NCBI GenBank assembly: GCA_902635795.1 | Contig: CACPPH010000001.1 | Location: forward strand, 16,244-80,243 | Direction: 5' to 3' | Source: an uncultured Pelagibacteraceae bacterium | GTDB lineage: Bacteria > Pseudomonadota > Alphaproteobacteria > Pelagibacterales > Pelagibacteraceae | DNA length: 64,000 nt | In this document: piece by piece, positions 46,445 to 55,654 of the stretch | Layout of the letters: every line of letters begins with the position of its first letter | How positions within the stretch are numbered: position 1 is the first letter of the stretch | The notes under the pieces: model-generated | Databases searched by the model: none | The model's input: only the letters and a program-made list of their open reading frames with translations | Told to the model about the DNA's origin: nothing | Translations under genes and position numbers: made by a program

Positions 46445-47367
46445 AAAAAATATTATTAATATTCGTAATCTTTCCTACTTTAACATTTGCTGGAAGCGAT
46501 GATATAACAAAAAGCGGCTTCTTAAAAAAACCAATAAGTACTGAAGTAGATAAATTGGAAATTACTGAACCTAAAAATAAAATAATTATTATTTTTAATC
46601 ATGGGCAGTCTTCTAATGACTCTCAAAAAAAGAATAAATGCACTTGGATAGGTAATGTTAGAAATATGGCATCACTTATTGGGGAAAAAGTAAAAGGTAA
46701 AGAGATAATGGTGTACAATTTTTGTACTAATCATTTAGAAGGTGATCAAATGTTAGAAAAATACCCTTTATGGCACAAAAAATACGTAGGACCCTATAAA
46801 GGAAAACATAAACTAGAAAAAAGAGTTGATGCAAACATCAAACTTATAAAGCAATTAGTCAGTATGGGTGTTCCAAAAAAACAAATAATAGTCACCGGGC
46901 ATTCCTGTGGCGGGCTTATGACACTAATGCTTTTTGCTAAACATCCTGATGCAGCAGGCGGAGGTATTTCTTTAAATCAAGCTTGTTTTGGTAAAATTTC
47001 AAAAAAATATAAAGCTGCAAAAGTCGGCCCTAAAGCAGCTTTAGAAAGTTTTAAAAAAAAAAAACCAGGACCCTCAGTTGTTAGACAGTCACAAATTGAT
47101 GAAATAAAAAGTTCTAAAAATTTACCTTTACTTGCATTTACACATCCAAAAGATAGTTACGAAGGATTATTGTCTGACTGGCTTGATGAGATACCTGGTT
47201 TAGAAAGAATTATTATTTCAGAAGACTATAAAATCAATGGTCAAAAATGTTTTAAAGAACATGCCAATGAAAAAGAGCCTGTTAAAGATGGTCACAGAAT
47301 GGATCATGCTACTTGTTTTCAATATTATAATCCAAAAATCTTAGATTATATATCTTCCAGAATTTAA
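46441..47367 (+). CDS. Exported alpha/beta-hydrolase-fold protein
   Basis: Signal peptide, FNHG, GHSCGG nucleophile elbow, later Asp and GH candidates. Confidence 0.65.
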   Translation: MKKILLIFVIFPTLTFAGSDDITKSGFLKKPISTEVDKLEITEPKNKIIIIFNHGQSSNDSQKKNKCTWIGNVRNMASLIGEKVKGKEIMVYNFCTNHLEGDQMLEKYPLWHKKYVGPYKGKHKLEKRVDANIKLIKQLVSMGVPKKQIIVTGHSCGGLMTLMLFAKHPDAAGGGISLNQACFGKISKKYKAAKVGPKAALESFKKKKPGPSVVRQSQIDEIKSSKNLPLLAFTHPKDSYEGLLSDWLDEIPGLERIIISEDYKINGQKCFKEHANEKEPVKDGHRMDHATCFQYYNPKILDYISSRI

Positions 47368-48011
47368 TGAATAAGCTAAAGTCAGAGGTAATAAAATATT
47401 CTAAAAAATTAAATATTACTAACTTATCTGCTTTAAGATCAGGAAATATCTCTGCAAGAGCAAAAGAAAAAGGTGTGGATGGTTTTTATATAACTCCATC
47501 GGGGAGAAAGTATTCATCTTTAAAAATAAAAGACATCGTCTTTGTTTCTCTTAAAGGTGTTTATGATAAAAAAAAGGGTAAGCCCTCATCAGAGTGGAGA
47601 TTTCATCAAGATATTTATGTGAATAAAAAAGAGGCTAAAGCTATAGTTCATGCCCACTCAACTTGTGCTACAGCTGTCTCTACTCATCAAAAAAATATTC
47701 CAGCTTTTCACTACATGGTTGCAGTAGCAGGCGGGGAAGATATTAAGTGTAGTAAATACGCAACTTTTGGAACAAAGAATCTTTCAAAAAATATTATTAA
47801 AGCGTTAAAAAATAGAACAGCATGTTTGATTGCTAATCACGGTCAGGTTGCTTTCGGTGAAAATTTAGAAAAGACTTTTGAGCTTGCCCAAGAAATCGAA
47901 AATATTTGCCATCAATATATAAATGCCATAAGAATTGGAATACCTAAGATTCTTTCGAAAAAAGAAATGAAAATTGTCTTGGGAAAATTTAAAAATTATA
48001 AAAAAGGATAG
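47367..48011 (+). CDS. Class II aldolase (FucA-like; Ald2 of the DHAP shunt by context)
   Basis: SGNIS, ITPSG, PSSEWRFH, VHAHS, FHYMVA.AGG, ANHG. Confidence 0.88.
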   Translation: MNKLKSEVIKYSKKLNITNLSALRSGNISARAKEKGVDGFYITPSGRKYSSLKIKDIVFVSLKGVYDKKKGKPSSEWRFHQDIYVNKKEAKAIVHAHSTCATAVSTHQKNIPAFHYMVAVAGGEDIKCSKYATFGTKNLSKNIIKALKNRTACLIANHGQVAFGENLEKTFELAQEIENICHQYINAIRIGIPKILSKKEMKIVLGKFKNYKKG

Positions 48012-48017
48012 TTTTTA

Positions 48018-49058
48018 ATGATTAAAGTCGGTGAGCACATTACAATTGATTTTCTTGGTGTTAAAAAAGACTATTCACCTGAATTTTACGAAAAAGTTAT
48101 TTACAAAATAGCAAAAGCTGCAAAGGTAGAAATATTAAATGTAGCCTCTCATAAATTCGAACCGCAAGGTTTTACTTTAGTTGCTTTATTGTCAGAGAGC
48201 CATTTTAGTTTTCATACTTTTCCTGAGAGAGATGTTATAAGCTTTGATTTTTTTACATGCGGGAAAGTAAACCCTAAAGTTGCACTTAAAATTTTAAGAA
48301 AAGAGATAGATCACAAAAGAGTAGTGACCAATGCTTTTGATCGAAGTAGCGTTGGTCTTTATGATGATATTTATAGCACTCCTGGTCAAAAGAAATTCTA
48401 TGTTGTCAAAGATGTTTTAGAAAAATTCACTTCTAAAGTTGGTCAATTTGTTGAAATAATGGATCTAGAAGAGTTTGGTCATGCATTGTTTATTGATCAT
48501 GAAATCCAAGTAGCTGAAAAAGATGAAAAAATTTATAGCTCAAACTTTTTTAAATCTAGTTATGATTTGAGTAAAAAAAATAACAATGTTGCGATAATTG
48601 GTGGAGGTGACGGAGGTGTTGTCAGAGCCTGTTTAGAGAATAACTCTAACTACATCGATTGGTTTGAACTAGATCCTGAAATAGTTGATGTTTGCTTTCG
48701 TCACTTACCTAAAGTTTGCTCAAAAGTTAAAAAAAGTAATAAGATTAAAACATTCTGGGGAGACGCATTTAAAAGTATTAAAGAAATTGAAGACTCGAAA
48801 TATGATAAAATTTTTGTAGATTTGAATGATGATCAATACTGTATTGATCTAGCAAAAAAAAATATGAAAGGTCTAAAAAGAATTCTTAAAAAAGGTGGCG
48901 TGATAACTGCTCAAGTTGGAAGTCAGGATAAAAAACCCAAACAAGTTGATAACTGGTGTAAGGTTTTAGGAAAAAGCTTTGGAAACGTTAGATTATCCGG
49001 GGCATATATCCCTAGTTTTGACTGTAAATGGAATTTTGCCTCATCTATAATGAAGTAA
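48018..49058 (+). CDS. S-adenosylmethionine decarboxylase / aminopropyltransferase fusion (SpeD-SpeE)
   Basis: N-domain: F.PQG.T....LSESH.S.HTFPE....D.FTCG. C-domain: IGGGDGG, ELD, GDA, YD.I.VD. Confidence 0.88.
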   Translation: MIKVGEHITIDFLGVKKDYSPEFYEKVIYKIAKAAKVEILNVASHKFEPQGFTLVALLSESHFSFHTFPERDVISFDFFTCGKVNPKVALKILRKEIDHKRVVTNAFDRSSVGLYDDIYSTPGQKKFYVVKDVLEKFTSKVGQFVEIMDLEEFGHALFIDHEIQVAEKDEKIYSSNFFKSSYDLSKKNNNVAIIGGGDGGVVRACLENNSNYIDWFELDPEIVDVCFRHLPKVCSKVKKSNKIKTFWGDAFKSIKEIEDSKYDKIFVDLNDDQYCIDLAKKNMKGLKRILKKGGVITAQVGSQDKKPKQVDNWCKVLGKSFGNVRLSGAYIPSFDCKWNFASSIMK

Positions 49059-49855
49059 TGTTTCGTGTTTCTTGTATTCAATTAAGATCAAATAACAATA
49101 TTCATAGTAATTTAAATAAAACATCGAAACTTATTATTAAAGCAATAAAACAAAAAACTGATTTCATAATTACTCCAGAAGTTTCGTCACATTTCTCTTT
49201 AAATAAAAAAGAATTGCTAAAAGTTTGTACGTCAATGCAAAATGACATTTATCTGAATGGAATTAAAAAACTTGCAAAAAAATATAAGAAATGGATTTTG
49301 ATAGGATCTTTAATAGTTAAGATTTCAAGAAATAAATTAGTTAATAGATCTGTTTTAATTGATAAGAGTGGGAGAATAAGAACTCACTATGATAAAATTC
49401 ACATGTACGACGTTGTGTTAAGTAAAAAAGAGAAATATTTTGAGTCAAAAAGTTTTAATCCAGGAAACAAATTAAAGACTTTCAACTTACCTTGGGGAAA
49501 GATTGGCCTAACTATTTGTTATGACCTTAGATTTCCAGTTCTATATAGAAAACTGGCTAAGGCGGGATCATTATTTTTAACTGTTCCATCTGCCTTTACT
49601 GAGACTACCGGCAAGAAACATTGGCATTCTTTATTGAGAGCTAGAGCTATAGAAAATTTTTGTTATATTTTCGCTCCTGCACAAGGAGGGACACACTATA
49701 ATGGAAGAAAAACTTTTGGACACTCGTTAATAATTTCTCCAGATGGAGAAATATTAAAAGAATTAAAGAAATCAGAGGGCGTGATTACAGCTGTTGTAAA
49801 TCCTAAATTGTCAAAAAATCTTAGGTTAAGAATACCTAGTTTAAAGAGCAACTGA
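49058..49855 (+). CDS. Carbon-nitrogen hydrolase, Nit1/deaminated-glutathione amidase-like
   Basis: E-K-C triad (TPE, YDKIH, ICYDLRFP), HW..LLRARAIEN. Start at the TAATG overlap. Confidence 0.85.
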   Translation: MFRVSCIQLRSNNNIHSNLNKTSKLIIKAIKQKTDFIITPEVSSHFSLNKKELLKVCTSMQNDIYLNGIKKLAKKYKKWILIGSLIVKISRNKLVNRSVLIDKSGRIRTHYDKIHMYDVVLSKKEKYFESKSFNPGNKLKTFNLPWGKIGLTICYDLRFPVLYRKLAKAGSLFLTVPSAFTETTGKKHWHSLLRARAIENFCYIFAPAQGGTHYNGRKTFGHSLIISPDGEILKELKKSEGVITAVVNPKLSKNLRLRIPSLKSN

Positions 49856-50251
49856 CTATTCGTAAGATTTTACTTCTTTAATATTTGATCCAAGAGCATT
49901 GTTAATTGCTAATTTGATTTTTGCTCTTTCATCATTAAATTTATAAACACTTCTGGAAAGTTCGATAAACTTTTCATCAAATTTATTATTTTTTTCAGCT
50001 AATCTTTTTCCATCCTCTATATCCCAAAGTTTTAAATTTATATTTTTAAGATCATTCTTAAAGTTAATTATTTTACTTTCATCATTAATCGATTTTTTTA
50101 AAGTTTCATTTAATGAAATTAGCTCTTTATTCACTTCTACTAATTTTTCTTTATTACTTATTTTTACTTTTTTAATTTCTAAAATGGTAATTTTATCTAT
50201 TAATTCACCAGCTGAGATTTCTGCCAATATTTTGTCCATTTTCTTGTCCAT
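49856..50251 (-). CDS. DUF6165-family protein
   Basis: ISAGELIDKITILEIK, LWDIED..R, F..L.RSVY..NDERA..K, EVKSY. Confidence 0.8.
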   Translation of the reverse strand: MDKKMDKILAEISAGELIDKITILEIKKVKISNKEKLVEVNKELISLNETLKKSINDESKIINFKNDLKNINLKLWDIEDGKRLAEKNNKFDEKFIELSRSVYKFNDERAKIKLAINNALGSNIKEVKSYE

Positions 50252-50297
50252 ATTAATATTTGACTATACTAATCATTAAATATACTTCGAAATAATA

Positions 50298-51230
50298 ATG
50301 TCAAATATATTAATAATAAAGCATGGATCTTTAGGTGATTTAATTCAAGCAAATGGAGCTATAAAAGATATAAAAAAATTTTACAAAAATAGAAAAGTTT
50401 TTTTACTTACAGCCCAGCCTTATGCAATTTTTATGTCAGAATGCCCTTATTTAGATGGCGTTATAATAGATAAAAGATTACCTAGATGGAATTTATTTTA
50501 TTTAAAAAATTTAAAAAACAATCTAGCAAAATATAATTTTACGAAAATTTATGATTTACAAAATTCAAGTAGAACAAAATTTTATAAAAGATTTATTTTA
50601 AAAAATGTTGAGTGGTCATCTACTGAAACTACCTTAGAGCCAGGTCAAAAAAAGAGTGATTTTGATAAAGACCCTGTTCTTGATAGAATGGAAATTCAAT
50701 TAAAAAAAAGTGGCATACAAACTGAATTTGTAAAAAATATAGACTTGAGTTGGGCTATATCAGATATCTCCAGGTTAAAAAAACAATATGCTAATAATGA
50801 CTATATTTTATTATTTCCTTTTTGTTCAAAAAAACTTCCTAAAAAAAAATGGCCTTTTTTCAAAGATTTAATTTTACGACTAAAACAAGATTATAAAAAT
50901 AAATATCCAATTCTATTAGCTCCAGGACCAGAGGAAATTGACGAAGCCAATGAGTTAAATGCTAAAGTAGTTTTAGATAATAATCAGCCGATTAATATTA
51001 AAACTTTAGTATCTCTAATAAGTAACGCTAAATTTATCATTGCAAATGATACAGGACCGGCACATATAGCTTCACATTTAGATAAAGCAGGAATCGTACT
51101 TTTTGGAAGTCACACGACTGCAAAGAAAGTAAGTATCGAAAGTTTTAATTTTAAAGCAATCAGTGTTGAAAACCTAAAGAATTTAACTGTTGAAACTGTT
51201 ATAGAAAAAGTAAAATCTAAATTAAATTAA
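50298..51230 (+). CDS. Glycosyltransferase family 9 (heptosyltransferase-like)
   Basis: ILIIK.GSLGD, YDLQ, K.WP, NDTGPAHIA. Confidence 0.9.
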   Translation: MSNILIIKHGSLGDLIQANGAIKDIKKFYKNRKVFLLTAQPYAIFMSECPYLDGVIIDKRLPRWNLFYLKNLKNNLAKYNFTKIYDLQNSSRTKFYKRFILKNVEWSSTETTLEPGQKKSDFDKDPVLDRMEIQLKKSGIQTEFVKNIDLSWAISDISRLKKQYANNDYILLFPFCSKKLPKKKWPFFKDLILRLKQDYKNKYPILLAPGPEEIDEANELNAKVVLDNNQPINIKTLVSLISNAKFIIANDTGPAHIASHLDKAGIVLFGSHTTAKKVSIESFNFKAISVENLKNLTVETVIEKVKSKLN

Positions 51231-52302
51231 TGTAATTCTTGATAATTTTGTTCCAAGCAAAACCTTTGGAAAATTCAAAAGCATTAGCACCGAGTTCTTT
51301 ATATTTTTCGTTTGATAAAATTTTTAAAAGTGTATCGTAAATAGCATTTAAATCGTTACCATTACAAAGATATCCTGTTACACCAGATTTTATTGCATCT
51401 CCTTCACCGCCATATATTCCTCCAACTGACGGTTTCCCGTAGGATGCAGCTTCAATATAAGTAATACCAAATCCCTCAACTGATTTTTTATAAACAACCG
51501 AAGGCATTACGAACACATCTGATTGTTCAAGTAAACCAACTTTTTCTTGTTCTGTAGAGCTAAAAATTAATTCTACATTTTTTTCTAGACCTAATTCTTT
51601 TCTTAATATCTCAAGATTTTTTCTTTCATCTCCGTCACCAATTGATACATACTTTAAATTTGGAAATTTTGGTAAAAGATTTTTAATTGACATTAAAATA
51701 TTTTGATGGCTTTTACGACCATCTAATCTCGAAACGGTGATCAATTTCGGTGACGCGTTGCCAAAAATATGTTTGGAAAATTCTCTAGCTGCTTCACTAA
51801 CAGCGATAGGATAGTTACAACCAGGATTGATGACATGAATATCTTTTAATCCAAGTTTTAATCCTAATTCCTTAGTAAATTTTGAATTTGCAATAACAAA
51901 ATCTGCTTTTCCTAACGATTTTAAAACTCTTTGATTTAAGGAAGAGCCAACAGGATGATTAATTTCCTTTGAGTGAATTAAGCAGAAAGATTTTGTTTTT
52001 TTAAGGGTCTCTAATTCAATATTTTCAATACTTTTCCAATGATCAAAGAAACATGCTCTTATTTGATTTTGTTTAATAAAATCTTTAACTAAATTGGCTT
52101 TTCTATACTTTCTAAATATTTTAAAACCTGAAATTCTTTCTATATTTAATTTAGAATTTCGATCATATGTATTTGCATCTTGATAATTATCTGCAAAAAC
52201 TTTTACTGGACCATGATTTGTAAGAGCATTAGACAAACCTTCCATGAGGTTTTGCATACCACCATGCTCAGGAGGAAAATTTCTTGTAGAAACTAAAAAC
52301 AT
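51217..52302 (-). CDS. Glycosyltransferase family 4
   Basis: FPP..GGMQ, TVSRL..RK, EGFGITYIEAA..G.P. Confidence 0.9.
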   Translation of the reverse strand: MFLVSTRNFPPEHGGMQNLMEGLSNALTNHGPVKVFADNYQDANTYDRNSKLNIERISGFKIFRKYRKANLVKDFIKQNQIRACFFDHWKSIENIELETLKKTKSFCLIHSKEINHPVGSSLNQRVLKSLGKADFVIANSKFTKELGLKLGLKDIHVINPGCNYPIAVSEAAREFSKHIFGNASPKLITVSRLDGRKSHQNILMSIKNLLPKFPNLKYVSIGDGDERKNLEILRKELGLEKNVELIFSSTEQEKVGLLEQSDVFVMPSVVYKKSVEGFGITYIEAASYGKPSVGGIYGGEGDAIKSGVTGYLCNGNDLNAIYDTLLKILSNEKYKELGANAFEFSKGFAWNKIIKNYINLI

Positions 52303-52859
52303 TAATTAAACCACTTTATGTTGCATCCCATACTAGGAGTTTGACTCTTTGGTCCAGCTTGCGTTTCAGAAATCATTTTCATCGCTACTTTTAAATCACT
52401 ATCTCCACCAGAAACAGGTTTCAAATCTTTAAGTTCCCTAAACCTTCCTCGATACTGAAGCTTTAATTCCTTATTGTATCCAAAGAAATCAGGTGTACAA
52501 ACTGCACCGTACTTTTTGGCAATTTCTTGTGTTTCATCTATTAAATAATTTACGTCACCAAAATCATTTTTTTTTGCAAATTTAATCATGTTATCGAACG
52601 AGTCTTCAGGATAATTTTTAGTATCGTTAGACATGATTGCAACAGAGTTAACCCCGTTCTTTTTTAATTCATTACAATCTATCGCTAAATCACGAATGAT
52701 AGCTTTAACGTAAGGACAGTGATTACATATGAACATAATAAGTGTAGCTTTTTCACCTTTTATATCTTTTAGAGAAATAAGTTTATTTTCTATCGATTTT
52801 AGTTTGAAATCCTCAGCTTTTTTTCCAAAATCGCAGACTGGTGTCTTTGTTAAAGCCAT
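52302..52859 (-). CDS. Thioredoxin-like AhpC/TSA family protein
   Basis: FICNHCPYV, YPEDS, GAVCTPDFF, PSMGCNIKW. Confidence 0.9.
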   Translation of the reverse strand: MALTKTPVCDFGKKAEDFKLKSIENKLISLKDIKGEKATLIMFICNHCPYVKAIIRDLAIDCNELKKNGVNSVAIMSNDTKNYPEDSFDNMIKFAKKNDFGDVNYLIDETQEIAKKYGAVCTPDFFGYNKELKLQYRGRFRELKDLKPVSGGDSDLKVAMKMISETQAGPKSQTPSMGCNIKWFN

Positions 52860-52900
52860 AATATATTATAAGATAATTAATTATACATTACAGCAAATTT

Positions 52901-53404
52901 ATGATTTACGATGTTAACGGTCACACTCCTAAAATAGATCCAGACAGCTGGGTAGCTTCTAACGCAGTTATCATCGGTAGAGTAGAATTAAAGAAGAATT
53001 CTAATATTTGGTTTAATGCAACTTTAAGAGGTGATTTAGAACCAATTATTATTGGTGAAGGTTCGAACATTCAAGATGGTAGTGTAATACACACAGACCC
53101 AGGGTGTCCAACAATAGTCGGCAAGGGTGTTACGGTCGGACATATGGTAATGTTACATGGATGCGAAATTTCAGACGATTGTATTATAGGAATAGGTTCA
53201 ACTATTTTAAACAAAGCAAAGATTGGAAAAAATTGTATCATCGGAGCAAACTCATTAGTAACTGAAAATAAAGTTATACCAGATAGATCACTAGTTCTAG
53301 GAAGCCCGGGTAAAGTAGTTAGACAAGTCACAGATGAAGAAATAGAACATATCAAAGAAAACGCTAGAGATTATGTTGAGAATATTAAAAAATATAAGAA
53401 ATAG
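52901..53404 (+). CDS. Gamma carbonic anhydrase-family protein
   Basis: LRGD, SNIQDG..IH, VGH...LHGC, hexapeptide repeats. Confidence 0.92.
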   Translation: MIYDVNGHTPKIDPDSWVASNAVIIGRVELKKNSNIWFNATLRGDLEPIIIGEGSNIQDGSVIHTDPGCPTIVGKGVTVGHMVMLHGCEISDDCIIGIGSTILNKAKIGKNCIIGANSLVTENKVIPDRSLVLGSPGKVVRQVTDEEIEHIKENARDYVENIKKYKK

Positions 53405-54182
53405 TTTTTTTTTATTTGCCATTTTATTATCAGGCTTTTCAGATTTAGAAGCTAAAAACAGTAAAGATGTCTCTAACACTGAGGTAAAAAGAAAAACTAT
53501 CTCTCACAAAAAAAAATATTCTCTAACTTTAGCTAATAGTAAAGATGGTCATCCTGTAAGATCTGGAAAAAAATCTTACAGATTTGAAGTAAGATTAGGT
53601 GATTGCGGTAAAGATAGCGGGCATGATGATTGCAAAAAAGATAGACAAAGAACTGAGCTTCAATTCAAAAAACATCAAATGGGTAAAAAAGATCATTGGT
53701 ATTCGGCATCAATTTATTTACCCGAAGACTATCAATCAGTAGCCCCTGTTAGAACTACTTTTGCTCAACTTTATGAAAAAGGTTGGAAACCTATTCTTAT
53801 GGTTACAGATAGAAGTGGTGAATGGTTAGAAGTAGGAAGAATGTGGAGTGGCGAGTATGTTGAAATGAAAAAGGCAATTAGGATAAATGATATGAGAGGA
53901 AAATGGACGGATGTACTAATCAACGCTCGATACTCAAGAGAAGAAAATGGATTCATGAAAGTTTGGATTAATAATAGATTAATATTAAATGCTGAGAATA
54001 TAAAAAATATTACACCATACACTAAAAGAGGTGTTGGACTAGATTTTGGAATTTATCAGACATTTGTAAGCGGGTGGAAAAGGGAACATGGAGATAAACC
54101 CTATCCTAATATGGTTGTTTATTTTGATGAAGTTAATTTAGGCTCGACAAAAGAAAAAGTTACTAAAAAATTAGGGAACTAA
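53373..54182 (+). CDS. Exported polysaccharide-lyase-like beta-jelly-roll protein
   Basis: Signal-like N-terminus; S.RFEVR.GDC, R.RTEL, WY..SIYLP, G.W.D, G..KVWIN, FGIY, YFDEV. Confidence 0.65.
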   Translation: MLRILKNIRNSFFLFAILLSGFSDLEAKNSKDVSNTEVKRKTISHKKKYSLTLANSKDGHPVRSGKKSYRFEVRLGDCGKDSGHDDCKKDRQRTELQFKKHQMGKKDHWYSASIYLPEDYQSVAPVRTTFAQLYEKGWKPILMVTDRSGEWLEVGRMWSGEYVEMKKAIRINDMRGKWTDVLINARYSREENGFMKVWINNRLILNAENIKNITPYTKRGVGLDFGIYQTFVSGWKREHGDKPYPNMVVYFDEVNLGSTKEKVTKKLGN

Positions 54183-54779
54183 CCAAGTAAATTTTTTAGA
54201 CTCATTTAAATCAATTAAAGCTCTTCGATGACCTTTTGCTGCTAAATAAAGCCACTCAATACTTTTAATGTTGCATCTTATGACGCAAAAGTTTTTATAA
54301 CCAGCTTCGCTCTCTTCTTTAGTAAAATCAAAATTATCAAACTTATTATCTAACCCTGAGGTCGGTTTTTCAGATTCTGTTCCTGGTCCATTAGTAACCA
54401 AGTAACATTTTCTGCTGATATGGCCAGTTTTTTCCCAAGACTCTTTTGTAACATCATTGTTGTAATTTACCTCGCACTCAGCCTTAACTCTAAGCTGTAT
54501 TTTTTCTTCTTTACCATAAAATAAAATTGAGCACTTAGGATTTTTTTTTATTTTCTCAATTTTTGAAGATCTAATATCACTATGATATTGAATAAAATTA
54601 TTTTGTTGATCTGCCTTTCTAAGAACAACGACTCTTCCATCAAGATCCATATCATTTCCGCAAATAAATACGGGTGTTCTGAATTCAGAGGATCTATCTT
54701 TGACAGCTTTTGATAATAAATCCCAGATTTTTTTTTCAATCTCTTTTGAATCTTCGTAGTAACTAACTGCTTCTGACAC
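54171..54779 (-). CDS. Pyridoxamine 5'-phosphate oxidase-like FMN-binding protein
   Basis: R.VVLR, H.DIRS.K, QLR, EWLYL...GHRRA, WLVP. Confidence 0.85.
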   Translation of the reverse strand: MSEAVSYYEDSKEIEKKIWDLLSKAVKDRSSEFRTPVFICGNDMDLDGRVVVLRKADQQNNFIQYHSDIRSSKIEKIKKNPKCSILFYGKEEKIQLRVKAECEVNYNNDVTKESWEKTGHISRKCYLVTNGPGTESEKPTSGLDNKFDNFDFTKEESEAGYKNFCVIRCNIKSIEWLYLAAKGHRRALIDLNESKKFTWLVP

Positions 54780-54782
54780 GAT

Positions 54783-55652
54783 TTATTTTCTAAATCTTTT
54801 AATTAAACTTGAAGTATCCCACCTTTGACCACCCATTTTTTGTACTTCAGAATAATATTCGTCAATTATTTTTGTGATAGGTAAAGGTGAGTTATTTTTT
54901 TTAGCTTCATCCATCGCTATTTTTAAATCTTTTCTCATCCAATCAACGGCAAAACCATAATCAAATTTATCTTCAATCATTGTTTTATGTCTATTTTCCA
55001 TTTGCCAAGATTGAGCGGCACCTTTTGAAATTACTTCAATTACATCATGCATATTTAATCCCGCATTCATCCCAAAATTTATTGCCTCAGATAATCCTTG
55101 TACTAAGCCTGCAATACAAATTTGATTGACCATTTTTGTTAATTGACCATTACCAGCTGGACCCATTAGTTTAACTTTTTTGCTATAGCAATCTATAACT
55201 GGCAAAGCTTTATCGTAATCTGATTGGTCTCCACCCACCATTACAGTTAATATTCCACCTTCGGCACCGGCCTGCCCCCCTGATATTGGAGCATCTAAGA
55301 ATCCCCACCCATGAGCTTTAGATGATGCGTATAATTTTCTTGCGATGTTAGCTGAAGCTGTTGTGTTATCAATATGTACCGCTCCTTTTTTAATAGTATT
55401 ATAAATTCCTTGTTTACTTGTTGTTACCTCTTCTAAATCATTATCGTTTCCAACACATGTAAAAACAAAATCGCAATCTTTGGCTGCATCTTTTGGAGCA
55501 TCGGCTAATTTACCTTTATATTCTTTAATCCATTTTTCAGCTTTAGTTCTGGTACGATTATAAACAGTTACATCATGACCAGCTTTTGATATATAACCTG
55601 CCATAGGGTATCCCATAACACCCAAACCTATGAAAGCAACTTTACAAGTCAT
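54783..55652 (-). CDS. 3-hydroxyisobutyrate/2-hydroxy-3-oxopropionate dehydrogenase-family oxidoreductase
   Basis: FIGLGVMG.PMA, DAPISGG, GQLTKMVNQI, KDL. Confidence 0.9.
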   Translation of the reverse strand: MTCKVAFIGLGVMGYPMAGYISKAGHDVTVYNRTRTKAEKWIKEYKGKLADAPKDAAKDCDFVFTCVGNDNDLEEVTTSKQGIYNTIKKGAVHIDNTTASANIARKLYASSKAHGWGFLDAPISGGQAGAEGGILTVMVGGDQSDYDKALPVIDCYSKKVKLMGPAGNGQLTKMVNQICIAGLVQGLSEAINFGMNAGLNMHDVIEVISKGAAQSWQMENRHKTMIEDKFDYGFAVDWMRKDLKIAMDEAKKNNSPLPITKIIDEYYSEVQKMGGQRWDTSSLIKRFRK

Positions 55653-55654
55653 AA

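Noticed and set aside
49058-49855. N-carbamoylputrescine amidase (aguB), suggested by the speD/E neighbour
   Set aside because: Motifs (ICYDLRFP, HW..LLRARAIEN) fit the Nit1/deaminated-glutathione amidase branch better.
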